Part shown: piece after piece, positions 1 through 13,379 of the stretch
Layout of the letters: each line of letters starts with the position of its first letter
Numbering within the stretch: position 1 is the first letter of the stretch
Assembly: GCF_001194135.2 (NCBI RefSeq)
Contig: NC_068981.1
Coordinates: 49,184,270 to 49,248,269 of the forward strand
Origin: Octopus bimaculoides
Lineage: Eukaryota
Direction: 5' to 3'
Length of the DNA: 64,000 nt
Program-made: the position numbers and the translations under genes
The notes under the pieces: model-generated
What the model was told of the DNA's origin: nothing
What the model saw: the letters and a program-made list of their open reading frames with translations, nothing else
The model's database searches: none

Positions 1-70
1 ATATTACGTTAATCTTAATCTTAATCTTATTTCGGCCGAAATAAGATTAAGATTAAGATTAATGTAATAT
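1..70. repeat. 70-bp near-perfect palindrome centred on CGGCCG, arms containing (TTAATC)3/(GATTAA)3
   Basis: ATATTACGTTAATCTTAATCTTAATCTTATTTCGG|CCGAAATAAGATTAAGATTAAGATTAATGTAATAT; 35-bp arms, one mismatch (pos 8 vs 63); may extend beyond the window start. Confidence 0.95.
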
Positions 71-331
71 AAAGCTGAAAAAAAAAAAAAAAAAGAAAAT
101 TAACACCAAATATACAGTGCGTGTGTTTTTATTGGCTAAACTGGCAACATGACCATCCCCAAGTACAACAATATATATATATATATATATATCTATATAT
201 ATATATATATATACATACGCGCATACATCCACATACGTACATGTATGCATGCCGATATGTGTAGTATTAAACAACTAAGATTTGAAAGTTAAAAAAATAA
301 TAGAAAGTTATATAGGGTTGTCGGGAATTAC

Positions 332-652
332 CTAAGTGGTGTTCCGGATATGAGCTGTGTGGTCGTTTATGTTGCATTTAGATTTGCGGTAAAATGTGAA
401 GGTATGGGAAAAGCGTTGGTTGCTTGTACCTCGGGTCTCGTTATATTTATTTTGTAATAATGAAGAGTTGTGTTTTAATATGTGGAATGCCTCTATTAGG
501 TGTAACTTACAGGCTGAGCGTTGACCTTAGTATGGAAGCCCTGAATCTATTATAGGCCATGACTGGCGAGTATTGTGGATTTACTGTCTTGTTCGCACAC
601 AAAAAAAATTGAGATGCCCAGCATAACGATGTTTCAAATTTATAGTTGATCC

Positions 653-660
<8 letters not shown>
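332..660 (-). mobile_element. Penelope-like element, C-terminal half of GIY-YIG endonuclease (pseudogenised)
   Basis: Minus-strand translation YIGSTINLKHRYAGHLNFFCVRTRQ*IHNTRQSWPIIDSGLPY*GQRSACKLHLIEAFHILKHNSSLLQNKYNE...TT*. It shows the YIG motif, the catalytic-type R (KHRY..H) and the C.L.L.E..HIL / NK.NE motifs of PLE endonucleases, with two in-frame stops. Confidence 0.8.
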
Positions 661-700
<40 letters not shown>

Positions 701-1415
701 NNNNNNNNNNNNNNNNNNNNNNNNNNNNNNNNNNNNNNNNNNNNNNNNNNNNNNNNNNNNNNNNNNNNNNNNNNNNNNNNNNNNNNNNNNNNNNNNNNNN
801 NNNNNNNNNNNNNNNNNNNNNNNNNNNNNNNNNNNNNNNNNNNNNNNNNNNNNNNNNNNNNNNNNNNNNNNNNNNNNNNNNNNNNNNNNNNNNNNNNNNN
901 NNNNNNNNNNNNNNNNNNNNNNNNNNNNNNNNNNNNNNNNNNNNNNNNNNNNNNNNNNNNNNNNNNNNNNNNNNNNNNNNNNNNNNNNNNNNNNNNNNNN
1001 NNNNNNNNNNNNNNNNNNNNNNNNNNNNNNNNNNNNNNNNNNNNNNNNNNNNNNNNNNNNNNNNNNNNNNNNNNNNNNNNNNNNNNNNNNNNNNNNNNNN
1101 NNNNNNNNNNNNNNNNNNNNNNNNNNNNNNNNNNNNNNNNNNNNNNNNNNNNNNNNNNNNNNNNNNNNNNNNNNNNNNNNNNNNNNNNNNNNNNNNNNNN
1201 NNNNNNNNNNNNNNNNNNNNNNNNNNNNNNNNNNNNNNNNNNNNNNNNNNNNNNNNNNNNNNNNNNNNNNNNNNNNNNNNNNNNNNNNNNNNNNNNNNNN
1301 NNNNNNNNNNNNNNNNNNNNNNNNNNNNNNNNNNNNNNNNNNNNNNNNNNNNNNNNNNNNNNNNNNNNNNNNNNNNNNNNNNNNNNNNNNNNNNNNNNNN
1401 NNNNNNNNNNNNNNN

Positions 1416-2040
1416 TATATATATATTGTTGTAGAATTGTGTAACGTGTAGAGGACGGTGCGTTTAATAATTACTTTAGACCTTTGGCAATGGGTTTGTA
1501 GAGGGAAGATGATCCCAAGATGGCAGTTACAAGGTAGTGCATTGTGGGGATTATTCTCAGGAACGGAGGGAGTAATATTGTCGGAGGAGAGGTTAGGGGT
1601 GGGGTAGATTGGTGCATGTTATTAACATTATTATTACTATTATCTGTCATATTTCTATCCTTGTTATTTATCAAATCTGTAATAGTGGTGGAAAAAGTGT
1701 TAGAAGTATTCTGGTTATTGTTAGTGGGGTTGGTAGAGTTTCTCTTGTGGTCTAAAGTATAGACTTCGGAATTGGAGCTATGTATATGTTGGGCGCTCGT
1801 GTATTCAGAGTTGTTACAATGTAAGTTTTGGTAATAGAAAGGCGTAATCTCTGTAGAGTCATCTCTTGATGTCAGAGAAATGTATTTGGAACTGGTGGTG
1901 TATGTAGAGTCCGACGAGGTCGGGGACTGTGGTGGAGTCGGATGATCCGGTAGTAATGTTAAATAATTTGTTTTTGGATATTGTTATAGTTAGAGCGGTC
2001 GGCCCGGCACCAACTGACACTCCTTGTTTCTATTTCTTTT
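1416..2040 (-). mobile_element. Penelope-like element, S/T/N/P-rich linker plus N-terminal half of GIY-YIG endonuclease
   Basis: Minus strand reads a long low-complexity frame (TSSDSTYTTSSKYISLTSRDDSTEITPF...NNNVNNMHQSTPPLTS). After a frameshift it reads PENNPHNALPCNCHLGIIFPLQTHCQRSKVIIKRTVLYTLHNSTTIYI, matching the CNC-x5-CPL-x3-C-x4-VIYK start of PLE endonucleases, and ends at IYI, which continues into YIG at 650-658. Confidence 0.75.
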
Positions 2041-2516
2041 GTTTTTTTTCTTTTTTCACTTCTTTGATTATTTGTCATTTTCTCTTTTTGTTTTCATTTT
2101 CTATTCCTCTTTCTTTCCTTCCTCTTTTCTCACCTTTTCCTTTGCAGTAATGTAAGTATGAATGTTCCTAAATGGGTGGAGCCCAAACTTTGGCATCGTG
2201 AGCTATACGAAGCCCCGAAATGGACGTCACTGCACCTATGCAAATTTCTCAGTTATCCCGTGTACAGTGAGAAACGTGTAATGTAATAGGTTGGGATTCA
2301 AGTATCTACAATTATTCAATATCTTGGCAACACATTTCAAAGATCTATATGGATTAGTGGGCATATGTTTTCGAAACGCATCTTGAGCTCCTGTTAACCA
2401 AGGTACCAGATGAACCTAGATCACGGCAAGAAACCCAAAGGAGGCAGTGATGTAGAGCTCCCGCCTTCTCAAAAAGCCTATCACATAAGAATGGCCATTG
2501 AAAAGGTGACAACACT

Positions 2517-2575
2517 GGCGCTGCCGCCAGCATGGCCACAGCCTTTTGGACTGAAACATAAATGAATAAAAGTAT
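2517..2575 (+). mobile_element. SINE 3' tail fragment
   Basis: GGCGCTGCCGCCAGCATGGCCACAGCC..TGGACTGAAACATAAATGAATAAAAG; same tail motif (ccagcatggcc.cag...ctgaaac..aaaag) recurs at 33035-33130 and, inverted, at 38600-38652. Confidence 0.55.
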
Positions 2576-4634
2576 AAAAACATATATATGGAAAATATAA
2601 CTTAATACTAAATATAAACTCGAGAGATTAGAGGACAAACTCTGATCAACTAAGTAGAAATGTGACATATATTAAATATACCATCAATAAATTCAACAGC
2701 TTTTACATATTAATTGCTTCACAGATTATTTCTTTTTTTTTTTAGCATAATTGAAATGAAAAGCTGATCCAGAAAGGAATTATTTCTTTGTTTTTGATTA
2801 ATGATGAATATCATATAAGCATTTATCATATTGTATTTCATGCAGAGTAGCATACTATGAATGGTAGCGTATGTTATTTCATCATAGATATGCGCTTTCA
2901 GACACAACAAAATAGGCCGCATGTTGATTTCCCAAATTGTTTCCAAAGTACCTGTTTATTTACAATAACTCTATGAATACACAGTAGAAAGTTTTCATAC
3001 GAAATAATATTCATCTCAAATTTACAACATTAGTACAAAAATTGACTGAAACTTTATTATGAGAAAATGATTTTGTCATTAAACATAAGAAACGCTTCGA
3101 TGTGTTTTCAAGCGATGATGTTTTGTCGATAAAGTTAATGTCATTTTTTGCTAGCCTATGAAAATGTTTGTATCAGATTCATCAAAAGGCCTGTGGCGAT
3201 GTGTAATCTATCTCTGGAATTAATGTGCGTACTGGAAGTAAACACTTCCTTCGGGTTAAAGTATTCGATTACAAAGTGTTGTAACTTTAAATCATCTGTA
3301 ATATTTAAAAATAGTAAGCGGTTGACATTTAATTGAAAATATGCTTGAAGTTATTAGGGATACTGCCCTCGTTCTACTCTTCATACACACTGTGTGTCAA
3401 CAGACAGGAGCACACCATAATTGAGCTTGCATTCTGACACATACTTTAATACTCTCTCACTTGTTATATTCATCTTTGTTGCATCCCATTTCAAGTTCAT
3501 CTATTGCTGTTTGAATTTAACTTGGACATCAAAGTATATGTTCTTGTTTTAAAAGGTCGCAGAAATTATAGGGCGTTGTTTAGTCGTATTTCTGAAAGAA
3601 AGTATGATGCCAAATTGCTGACATAAAGGTCTACTGCATAACATCATATGCACACACAAACACGCACACACAAACACACAAGCACATGCACATATACACA
3701 CACATACACACATATATTCTCTAATAAGAATCAGTAGAAGTTACAGAAAAAATCAATGATCGAGTATTCCGTGCATTAACACTAATCAATGTATATACAT
3801 ACACACCCAGATAGATGTATTTATATATATAAAGAGAGAGAGAGAGAGATTAGACAGACAGACAGACAGCCAGATATTCACATAGACAGACATACAGACA
3901 AACAAACAGTGTACGTCATCTAAACTCAAGTACTAAATAAATGCTATATGAAATGCTATATGTATATTAATGAACAAGTTTCCAAGTAAAATAGGGAACA
4001 TTTTATAGGATGCACAGCAAATTTTATTTTAAACTTGAGGAAAACATTACACATGAGTTACATTAAACTGAATTCTTCTTATTTCCGATCGAACAATACA
4101 TATAAGTTCCTTAAACAAAACTTTTGAGTTTAGCCAGTCTTGCAGTAAAACTTATTTCTAGAATATGTACGTTATTAAAGTGAAACTTTATTTCCGATGT
4201 AACTCAACTCTGTTTTAAAATTGTGTTGCAATCAAGACAGGAATGGCGCTATAAAACAAAAAAATTACTCACATTTATTTAGTATTTATAATTCTATTCA
4301 ATCACTACATGTACTATTTTAGTTATTAAATATTTTTCTAATGATTGTTTGTGCAGTTACATATTCTAATTCGTGAGATGAAAGTGATTTATCTTCAGCA
4401 ACAGAAAATGAATTTTAATCTTCAAACGTTAATTTTGCTTTTAAACTTTAGAAGCCTTCGATGATTTAATAAGAACAAAAACACATTACGTTTATCAGTG
4501 AATAAAAGTTTACTATTTATCTGGCTACATTACACAACGCAAATTCCACAAAAATTCTTGTGTAAATGAAAAGAAAATATCTCATTAAAAGTACATTTGG
4601 GTAAATATAATCGAGTTGTATTTGATGCATTTGA

Positions 4635-4689
<55 letters not shown>

Positions 4690-5514
4690 NNNNNNNNNNN
4701 NNNNNNNNNNNNNNNNNNNNNNNNNNNNNNNNNNNNNNNNNNNNNNNNNNNNNNNNNNNNNNNNNNNNNNNNNNNNNNNNNNNNNNNNNNNNNNNNNNNN
4801 NNNNNNNNNNNNNNNNNNNNNNNNNNNNNNNNNNNNNNNNNNNNNNNNNNNNNNNNNNNNNNNNNNNNNNNNNNNNNNNNNNNNNNNNNNNNNNNNNNNN
4901 NNNNNNNNNNNNNNNNNNNNNNNNNNNNNNNNNNNNNNNNNNNNNNNNNNNNNNNNNNNNNNNNNNNNNNNNNNNNNNNNNNNNNNNNNNNNNNNNNNNN
5001 NNNNNNNNNNNNNNNNNNNNNNNNNNNNNNNNNNNNNNNNNNNNNNNNNNNNNNNNNNNNNNNNNNNNNNNNNNNNNNNNNNNNNNNNNNNNNNNNNNNN
5101 NNNNNNNNNNNNNNNNNNNNNNNNNNNNNNNNNNNNNNNNNNNNNNNNNNNNNNNNNNNNNNNNNNNNNNNNNNNNNNNNNNNNNNNNNNNNNNNNNNNN
5201 NNNNNNNNNNNNNNNNNNNNNNNNNNNNNNNNNNNNNNNNNNNNNNNNNNNNNNNNNNNNNNNNNNNNNNNNNNNNNNNNNNNNNNNNNNNNNNNNNNNN
5301 NNNNNNNNNNNNNNNNNNNNNNNNNNNNNNNNNNNNNNNNNNNNNNNNNNNNNNNNNNNNNNNNNNNNNNNNNNNNNNNNNNNNNNNNNNNNNNNNNNNN
5401 NNNNNNNNNNNNNNNNNNNNNNNNNNNNNNNNNNNNNNNNNNNNNNNNNNNNNNNNNNNNNNNNNNNNNNNNNNNNNNNNNNNNNNNNNNNNNNNNNNNN
5501 AATAAAAAAGGATG

Positions 5515-5610
5515 ATAAAGGAGGTTTACAAAAGTGGAAAAGTTCAAAAGTTTTTTAGACGTCGTGGTATATTGAAGCGATTTCCAATCAGAAGATGGGT
5601 CCAATATTTG
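5515..5610 (-). repeat. Partial copy of the ~305-bp repeat family at 25908-26266
   Basis: aaagttcaaaagtttttagacgtcgtggtatattgaagcgatttccaatcagaagatgggtcca aligns by eye with 26063-26125 (aaagttcaaaaggctcaaacgtcgtggtgtattggaacgatttctcatccaagtaagagtcca). Confidence 0.7.
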
Positions 5611-7117
5611 TGTGTGTGTACGTATGCGTGCGCGTGTGTGTATGTGTGTGTATACAAACTACTTTGTATAGGTTTTGTATATGTTAGGAAAGCATGGAGA
5701 ATTAATAAAACAATTATAATTGAAAAGACAGAGAATATTCTTAGAGCAAAATTTCTCTCTAGATTCTTAAACATTTAATTTCATTTCGAAATTGATTTAT
5801 TTACTAAACAGGAATAAAATGAATTTAACCCACCAAGATTACATACTTACCATTTGCAATTCATTGTTATGTTATTTATTGCGTTTAGCAATATTGTTAT
5901 GATAGGAAAAATGAATAACATTAATTTTCAGTCTGGTGTCACCTGTCTGAAAACGTATTCATAACGTATTTCTATTAAATTGACGGTTTATCATTTTTTC
6001 ACTGAAATTCATTACAGTATGGATTTTCTTCTACTAATTTAAAAGAGAAATATAATGATTTAGAAATATCAATAAATATTAGTTACAGAAAAATTATCGA
6101 GAAAGCCTATTGATTTGAGAATCTAGGAATTCTATGTTTAAATTTGGATTAGTCTGATGTATTTACATACTACTGGTTTGTGGAATATAAGTGATAATAG
6201 AATTGAAGCTGAAGCACACCAGATGATAAATAATTAATATATAAGCAGATACCAAATATTATTCTGACCATAGAATTCATAACTAATTTATTATAAATGC
6301 TTGAGTCAAGTGCTAATTCCAATGTTTCTTGCATCACATGAACACGTATGCATTCTATGCACATCCATTTAAATACCTCTGCATTTCCGTGTTTGAAACG
6401 CAAATGTTGAGAGAAATTTCTTGAATATCTTGTAAGGACATAACCAAAATGTGTTATATATATATATTTTACAAAAAACTTGTATTCTCTCGTATTTAAT
6501 GATAAATTATGACCCATCGTTTGTTATGTAAATAAATTGTTCTTGAAAAGACTGCTTCTTTCACGTAATGTCGTATCAAAAATATTTTCGTGATCGGTAT
6601 TATATTTAATATTTAGTAGTTGTCCAGTGCAATTTAATCCTTGAATTCAATGCCAAATGGTCGGTATCGAGAACATTATATACATTTCGGCTAGGGATTT
6701 GTAACTGCGACAATACACACAGTGTATGCAGAAAACAAATCGATGCATATGATGGCTAATGACTGTGCTAGATGTCGTTTCACGATGGTGAATTGAGTTC
6801 TTTCTTCCAATCCAGTATTATTGTGTCTGGAAGTGACACTCTCTGACGATTTTAAAATATGCCTAGATCATTAACAAATACACCTCTTATGTTGATGAAC
6901 ATCCGTAAGCTATTGAAACTAAATGTCTAATAATTGTTCTGTTGTTCGAAACGTATAATTTACAAAACTCTCAGCAGTCATTTCCTAGCAAAAGATGCAG
7001 TTTCAGAACAGGAATCGGAATTTCTCCCAGATTCCTAGCTAGTGTTTAGTTTGCGCGAAATTCCAGATTTGAAGTGGACTGGACAAATGTACATATACAT
7101 ATATATGTGTTTGTGTG

Positions 7118-7170
<53 letters not shown>

Positions 7171-7200
7171 GTGTGTGTATACATGTATGTATATATACAC

Positions 7201-7240
<40 letters not shown>

Positions 7241-7249
7241 GTAGATACA

Positions 7250-7283
<34 letters not shown>

Positions 7284-8724
7284 CTTACATACATATATAA
7301 ATTAGTAATAAATATCATGAAATGATTAATATTTAAGCATGCGCTTGTCAAAGACTAATAATAAACTTGAGGTCGTTAAAAGGCAATGCACTGAATTGAA
7401 ATGAAATACGCGTTTAAAATTCAGCGGGGTAATTTAACGACTTAAAAAAAAAACATATTCCTGTCATTAAACGAGAGTTCAATCGAAGTACAAGCCCCAG
7501 TTCCTACTGACATTCTATGGAATTGAAATTTGTATGTAATTGTTAGAAAGAAAAAAAATAACAAATTAATTGATAATTGGTAATTGAGACCACCGAATTC
7601 GATTCACCGATTTTTGAAGCAAATATGTATTGCTTTTGAAGCTACGTTTACCTCACATATTTTTTATGTATCTTATAATAAACTGTGGTGTATTTTCGTA
7701 CCGATGATTCATTTATTTTGTAACCTTTTATTCTTCAATCATAATAGTTGGCTATTGAGCAAATTAGAAAATATCTCAAGTCAGTAAACCTGGGGAAGGA
7801 AACATGTTATTCGAATTGCGAATCATCTATATCTTATCGCAATAAAACAGCCATGTAATGAATTTTTTCCAGCCTACTTCATCAGGCTGTTAATTAATAA
7901 TCTTTAGTCACATTTGCCTTTTTTTCCCCACGAATAGATCACAAGTTAAAATATTTTGATTTATGAAGGAGAATAACCGTTGCCAAAACATTAGATTCAT
8001 TTCAACAACACAATCAGCAATTTACTTCTTTGCTATTGAAGCCATTTTATTTGTCGCTTAAATTGTTTGTTGCATTGTATTTTCTTCGTGTACTTGTTTT
8101 ATAAAGTTGTTGAGTATTTTCATTCCATCCTTCTGTCAGATTTACTTTTAATCGTTCGTCGGACAACTTCTTGCTGATAGCATGTCCGTAAATATTGATA
8201 TGTCTCAACATTACATTTTCTTGCGCAAATAACACAAATTGTAATAGCGGTACGCTTTACGCACGCATGCATTTACGAAATTTCGAGGGAAACTGGTGAT
8301 TATTGCGGTAAGAAGTTAAAGATTAATTCAATTGCTTTTTATAGCTAATAAAGTATTTCAAATATTTTTTTTAATGACGTCAGTGTAAAATTTCTTTAAA
8401 TCATATTACATGTCTTAATCTTTAGGTGAATTTACAGCTTTTTGTATAAAATATATATATTTACATACTGAGACACTTTGTGTGAAACTTACATGTTTCG
8501 CATGTGAATTAGATTCAGTAACATCAGCCATTGTTTGATTGTTCTAAGTATAAATGTGCGGTCGAAACTCAGAAATGTTGACCTGCTCACAATGGCATTT
8601 TACAAAACTTAATATAATTTTAATACAACAGAGATTACTAAAAATAAGATGAATTTATTTGAACCTTAGAGCAAAAGCGATGCGTTACTATGTCATTCTC
8701 TAATTCATATATAGATTGATTAAT

Positions 8725-8935
8725 GCGGCTACAAGGCAAAATTGTTAGTACGCCAGTTGAATTGCTTACCGGCATCTCGTTTACCTGTACGTCTTGACTT
8801 CAAATTTCACCGGGATCAACAATGCATTTCATCCTTTCCGGGCCGGTAAGACAAATACCAGTTAAATAATGGTTCTATTTAATAGATTTAGCCCCTGCCA
8901 CAGACTTACTGGCATTGTGTCAAAATTTGAAATCA
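8725..8935 (+). mobile_element. Diverged tRNA-derived SINE
   Basis: gcggct...gttagtacgccagttgaattgcttaccggcatctcgttt...cttcaaatttcaccgggatcaacaatgcatttcatcctttccggg; collinear with the copies at 49317-49480 (+) and 19215-19301 (-). Confidence 0.65.
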
Positions 8936-9621
8936 ATATGTTAGCTGATTAAAATGCCCACAATATTAAGGGCTGTATAAGTATAATTATATTGTATTTG
9001 CGCATTTTTATTGCAAATAGCGAATATTGCAGGAAACATTGATTTATCTTGCTTTATAATTGCATTTAGTGAGTGAAAATTAGTATACTAAATCATATCG
9101 AATACATATTTATGGCTCGTAATGTTCTGTCTCTCATGCCCACACACAGTTGTGTGTATGAGAGAGTATATGTGTGTGTGTTCGCTCTGTGTACGTATGC
9201 GTGTGTAGTTCTACGGCATCTTAGCTGGGACACTAACCAGTTGCTATATCTCAATGTATTTAAACTGTATTGTATTAATAAGTTCGGTTGTCGAGGAAGT
9301 GCGAAAACATTGACGTCGTCTGATGCGAGCTATTGTATGACCCAGAAGGAAAATCCTGTAGATAAACACAAAGCAAAATATTAATCAATTAGTAAATACG
9401 AAACTTAACAAAACTTAAACAAGCAACATTTGCATACAAGTTTTTCGTCTATAAAGAAATGTGAACTGAGAATTTAGTGACGAAGCAATATCACTGACAA
9501 TAATTATCTAGTAACATTATGCACTGAAAGATTTAAGGACCCTGTTCACACATCCATAGACACAGATATAATCTAATAAACACGCTCGCAATCGCCCACG
9601 CATACACCCAGATGCACACGG

Positions 9622-9665
<44 letters not shown>

Positions 9666-12348
9666 TATAGTTAATTCACTCACCTTTATTTAGAGAAGAT
9701 TAGTAAGCATATTTTACTTCGCCCGAGATCGTTTGTGTTATTTTTCTCTTTAAATATCCCTTCCCTCTGTAATCATCTATACGCCTTTCGTGAACACTAA
9801 TGATTTTATTCATCGCAAGATGCATTATTCTTCTGATATTTAGGTGTTCCTAAGCCACATATTTCCGTATATGTCTGTTTATTTTTGCGTGCTTAAATGA
9901 CATTAGTTGAATAGTTGCTGTTAGTGTACATTATTTGGTATATATTCGCTGTGTGCGTTTCAGAGTATTTTATGCTTGTTTGTTACTTGTTTATTTGTTT
10001 GTTTCTAAGAGTATGTTGCATGATATTTAGTTGTTGATATTGGGAAAAAGATAAAAATCTTCTTCGGCACAAAAGTGCTAATTGTTTTGGGTGCATTACA
10101 TGAAAGTTGTTAACATTAATGAATAGTGTTTACATGAAACTGCAATGTATATGCATACACTATTATATTAAAGGACGTTAGAATATTATGCGTATACACA
10201 CACACATACACATACACACACACACACATACATACACACACACACACATCTATATATATACAGAGAGAGAGAGAGAGACTGAGAAAGAGCGAGGGAGAGA
10301 ATACACAAGGAGATTTCGTCACTTGAAGTAATAAAATAGGTATTCACTATGTACCTCAAAACTGCGGCCTGCTCTTCATATTAAAAATGATGTACTGAAG
10401 TTGCCTATCAAAAGTGGATAGAAACGGTTTCTTCTTGGGCGGATGGGTAATTATTAAAATTGAAAATGAGAATGCAAATCATTTCGGCATCACTGGAAAT
10501 ACATTCAATTTACGTAGAGAATATAAACATAAAGCTGAGTAATTATGATAAAAAAAAAATTAAATCTCTTACAGCTTTTTCTAGAAAAGTCACGTAGGTG
10601 AATCATAATAATGGGTAAGGAATCAAGCTAAGTATTCTGTCATAGGAGAGAGGAATACGAGCATATAGAAATGATGAATATCCCTGAAACATGTATATCC
10701 ATTTATGCATCCATATGTATTTATATATTGTGTGAGTGAGTGTGCGTGCGCGTATGTAAATGTGTCTGTGTGCATGTTTGTGTATGCACCCATGTTTGAG
10801 CATTAATGTATATATAACGCTGACTAGACTTTTACATTAAGTTAGTTTAATTGTTCTCCAATTATGCCCAATTTTTTTTATAATGGAACCCGCAATTCCT
10901 TTTTAATTTTACATAATTTGTCTTTTCAAGTGTGGTATTTTAAGTATAGAACACGTCGTGAATAATTGGACATTCTAACATATTACAATTCATCGGAATC
11001 GATTCAGTGCATTGAAGTTGTAAACACCTACATTGAAATTGAATGCATTGAATTGTTATTTCCTAACAAAAGCTATTTATAATAATTTAAAGTTGTTTTT
11101 ATTTACAAGGAAAAAAATCTCTGCTGCTATTTTTACGTGTAAAATAGAAACCAAAGACAGGCCAGTACTAGAAAATTCATACTTTACAGATCACTTGTGG
11201 TTTCTAATCAGTTTAAGGTACACTCACTTTTTTATCCCTTCATTGTCTAATATACAAATTCTATCATTCTTCTGTGGAGTCTCAAATCGATTAGGCCTTA
11301 TATGCTGCTAAAATGTAGTATTCTATCTTCCAAAATTCAATCAATATAGCGCAGAAGACCTCAGCTGACCCGTGTGATTAATTTAAAGCTGCATTTTTGG
11401 ATTTTTTCAAACAATTAACTGGAGAAACAAAATTAAAAAGAAATGGGACGACGTAGAGGAAAATCATTTCTATTACTGAATCAATTCCCAGCAGTTATCT
11501 GCTACACGTCGTAGTAGTAGTAGTAATAGGACAAGACTCTCAATCTAGGAGTGAAATAAATATTTTTAATCTAATTTCCTTATTCATTCCAATTATTTGC
11601 ATAATGTTTTCCAGGAAATACTAACACGATTGAAATTGTTTTCCTCTTTCTTTGAATAATAAGTGTTTTACGCCTGTTCTTAAGACTGTGCATTGGGAGA
11701 ATTGCTAAGGCTTCAAGCGATTTGTCTTATGGTATGTGTTAACGAAATTTTACCTTGTAAGTTCAAACTTAACCTGGTCAACTGTTTTGATTTGTATTCT
11801 TCTTAAATCGATAAAATAATCTAACAGTCAAAAATTGCGTGTGAAAAATAATTGACAGTTGCCTCCTCTTCTTTTACATATATTCCTTACAAAAGAAGAA
11901 TACCTAGGATAACATGGCATGAAGTGAAATAGTCTAATCGCATGTCTTTCAGCGTCACCGAAGAGATGAGAAAAAGAAAAGCGTGATAACTGTGGACAAC
12001 CGCATATCTCGGCAAAACTGAGTATATGGAAACAAAATGTGTGTGTAAACATGTATTTATGTTTATATATGTATATATGTATGAATATATATANNNNNNN
12101 NNNNNNNNNNNNNNNNNNNNNNNNNNNNNNNNNNNNNNNNNNNNNNNNNNNNNNNNNNNNNNNNNNNNNNNNNNNNNNNNNNNNNNNNNNNNNNNNNNNN
12201 NNNNNNNNNNNNNNNNNNNNNNNNNNNNNNNNNNNNNNNNNNNNNNNNNNNNNNNNNNNNNNNNNNNNNNNNNNNNNNNNNNNNNNNNNNNNNNNNNNNN
12301 NNNNNNNNNNNNNNNNNNNNNNNNNNNNNNNNNNNNNNNNNTATATAT

Positions 12349-12382
<34 letters not shown>

Positions 12383-12939
12383 GTATATGTATATCAAAGT
12401 TTAACTGAGTTAGAGGTTAAAAGTACTGTCTAAGGGATAGAATTAGCCATTACACTTATGGCACGTTACTCATGTTCAACGATAGGCATACACATGCAAG
12501 CACATGATGCTCATAAATTATAGGTAAAGACATGTATAAACATGAGTTTATCAAGAATCGAAATTTAAAGAAGGCAAAAAATGGACAGATATCGATGAAC
12601 ACCAATTGACATGCATTAATTATTATTTATTAATTCAAAACAAATATACTGCATCAAATTTAGCAGCTCTTTCTGCTTCCAATGTTGTATGGTATGTGAA
12701 TTATATGCTGAAAATATTTATATCTGGTAATAAAACCGATTTGGCACATGGAGCTTCATCACAGTGAAGACTAAATAAAGAAGTAGAGCACAGACAAGAA
12801 CATGAGCATATAGAAGAAAAAGGGGGGAAAATGAATATATTTTAAGTCACACCATTTTGACTGCGTAATTCTTTGGGACATTAAGTGAATTCAATAAACA
12901 AAAATAGTACTTGATGGATTAAACCTTTGTACGGTGTGA

Positions 12940-13190
12940 GTAGGGTAGATAAATAATAAAAAAAATTTAAATAACAAATAATAGTGTGATACAACAATAG
13001 GTTTTGTTGGAGAAAGGGAAAATACAATAAGGTTTTAGATTAATCATAAGTTATAATAATTATGCTTGTAGTATTAATTAATAGTATTAATCATAGTGAA
13101 GTGCTAATCGGTTAATAATTGATGTAAGTCAATTGTTGTTCATCGATATATTTCTATTTTCTGATTTCTTAAAATTGTATAAAGATATAT
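12940..13190 (-). mobile_element. Possible second PLE GIY-YIG C-terminal remnant (heavily degraded)
   Basis: Minus-strand translation LYNFKKSENRNISMNNN*LTSIINRL...NLKPYCIFPFSNKTYCCITLLFVI loosely follows H..SFR....ST.LS.YI..LK...A.PY.....C.LC of PLE endonucleases; a decayed hammerhead-like motif lies ~200 bp downstream on the same strand (12734-12769). Confidence 0.35.
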
Positions 13191-13379
13191 ANNNNNNNNN
13201 NNNNNNNNNNNNNNNNNNNNNNNNNNNNNNNNNNNNNNNNNNNNNNNNNNNNNNNNNNNNNNNNNNNNNNNNNNNNNNNNNNNNNNNNNNNNNNNNNNNN
13301 NNNNNNNNNNNNNNNNNNNNNNNNNNNNNNNNNNNNNNNNNNNNNNNNNNNNNNNNNNNNATATATATGCACATGTACA

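Noticed and set aside
2148-2151. Apparent 4-nt micro-exon (polypyrimidine-TGCAG|TAAT|GTAAGT)
   Set aside because: The pyrimidine tract is the complement of the A-rich part of the PLE remnant, and 4 nt would shift frame; most likely chance.
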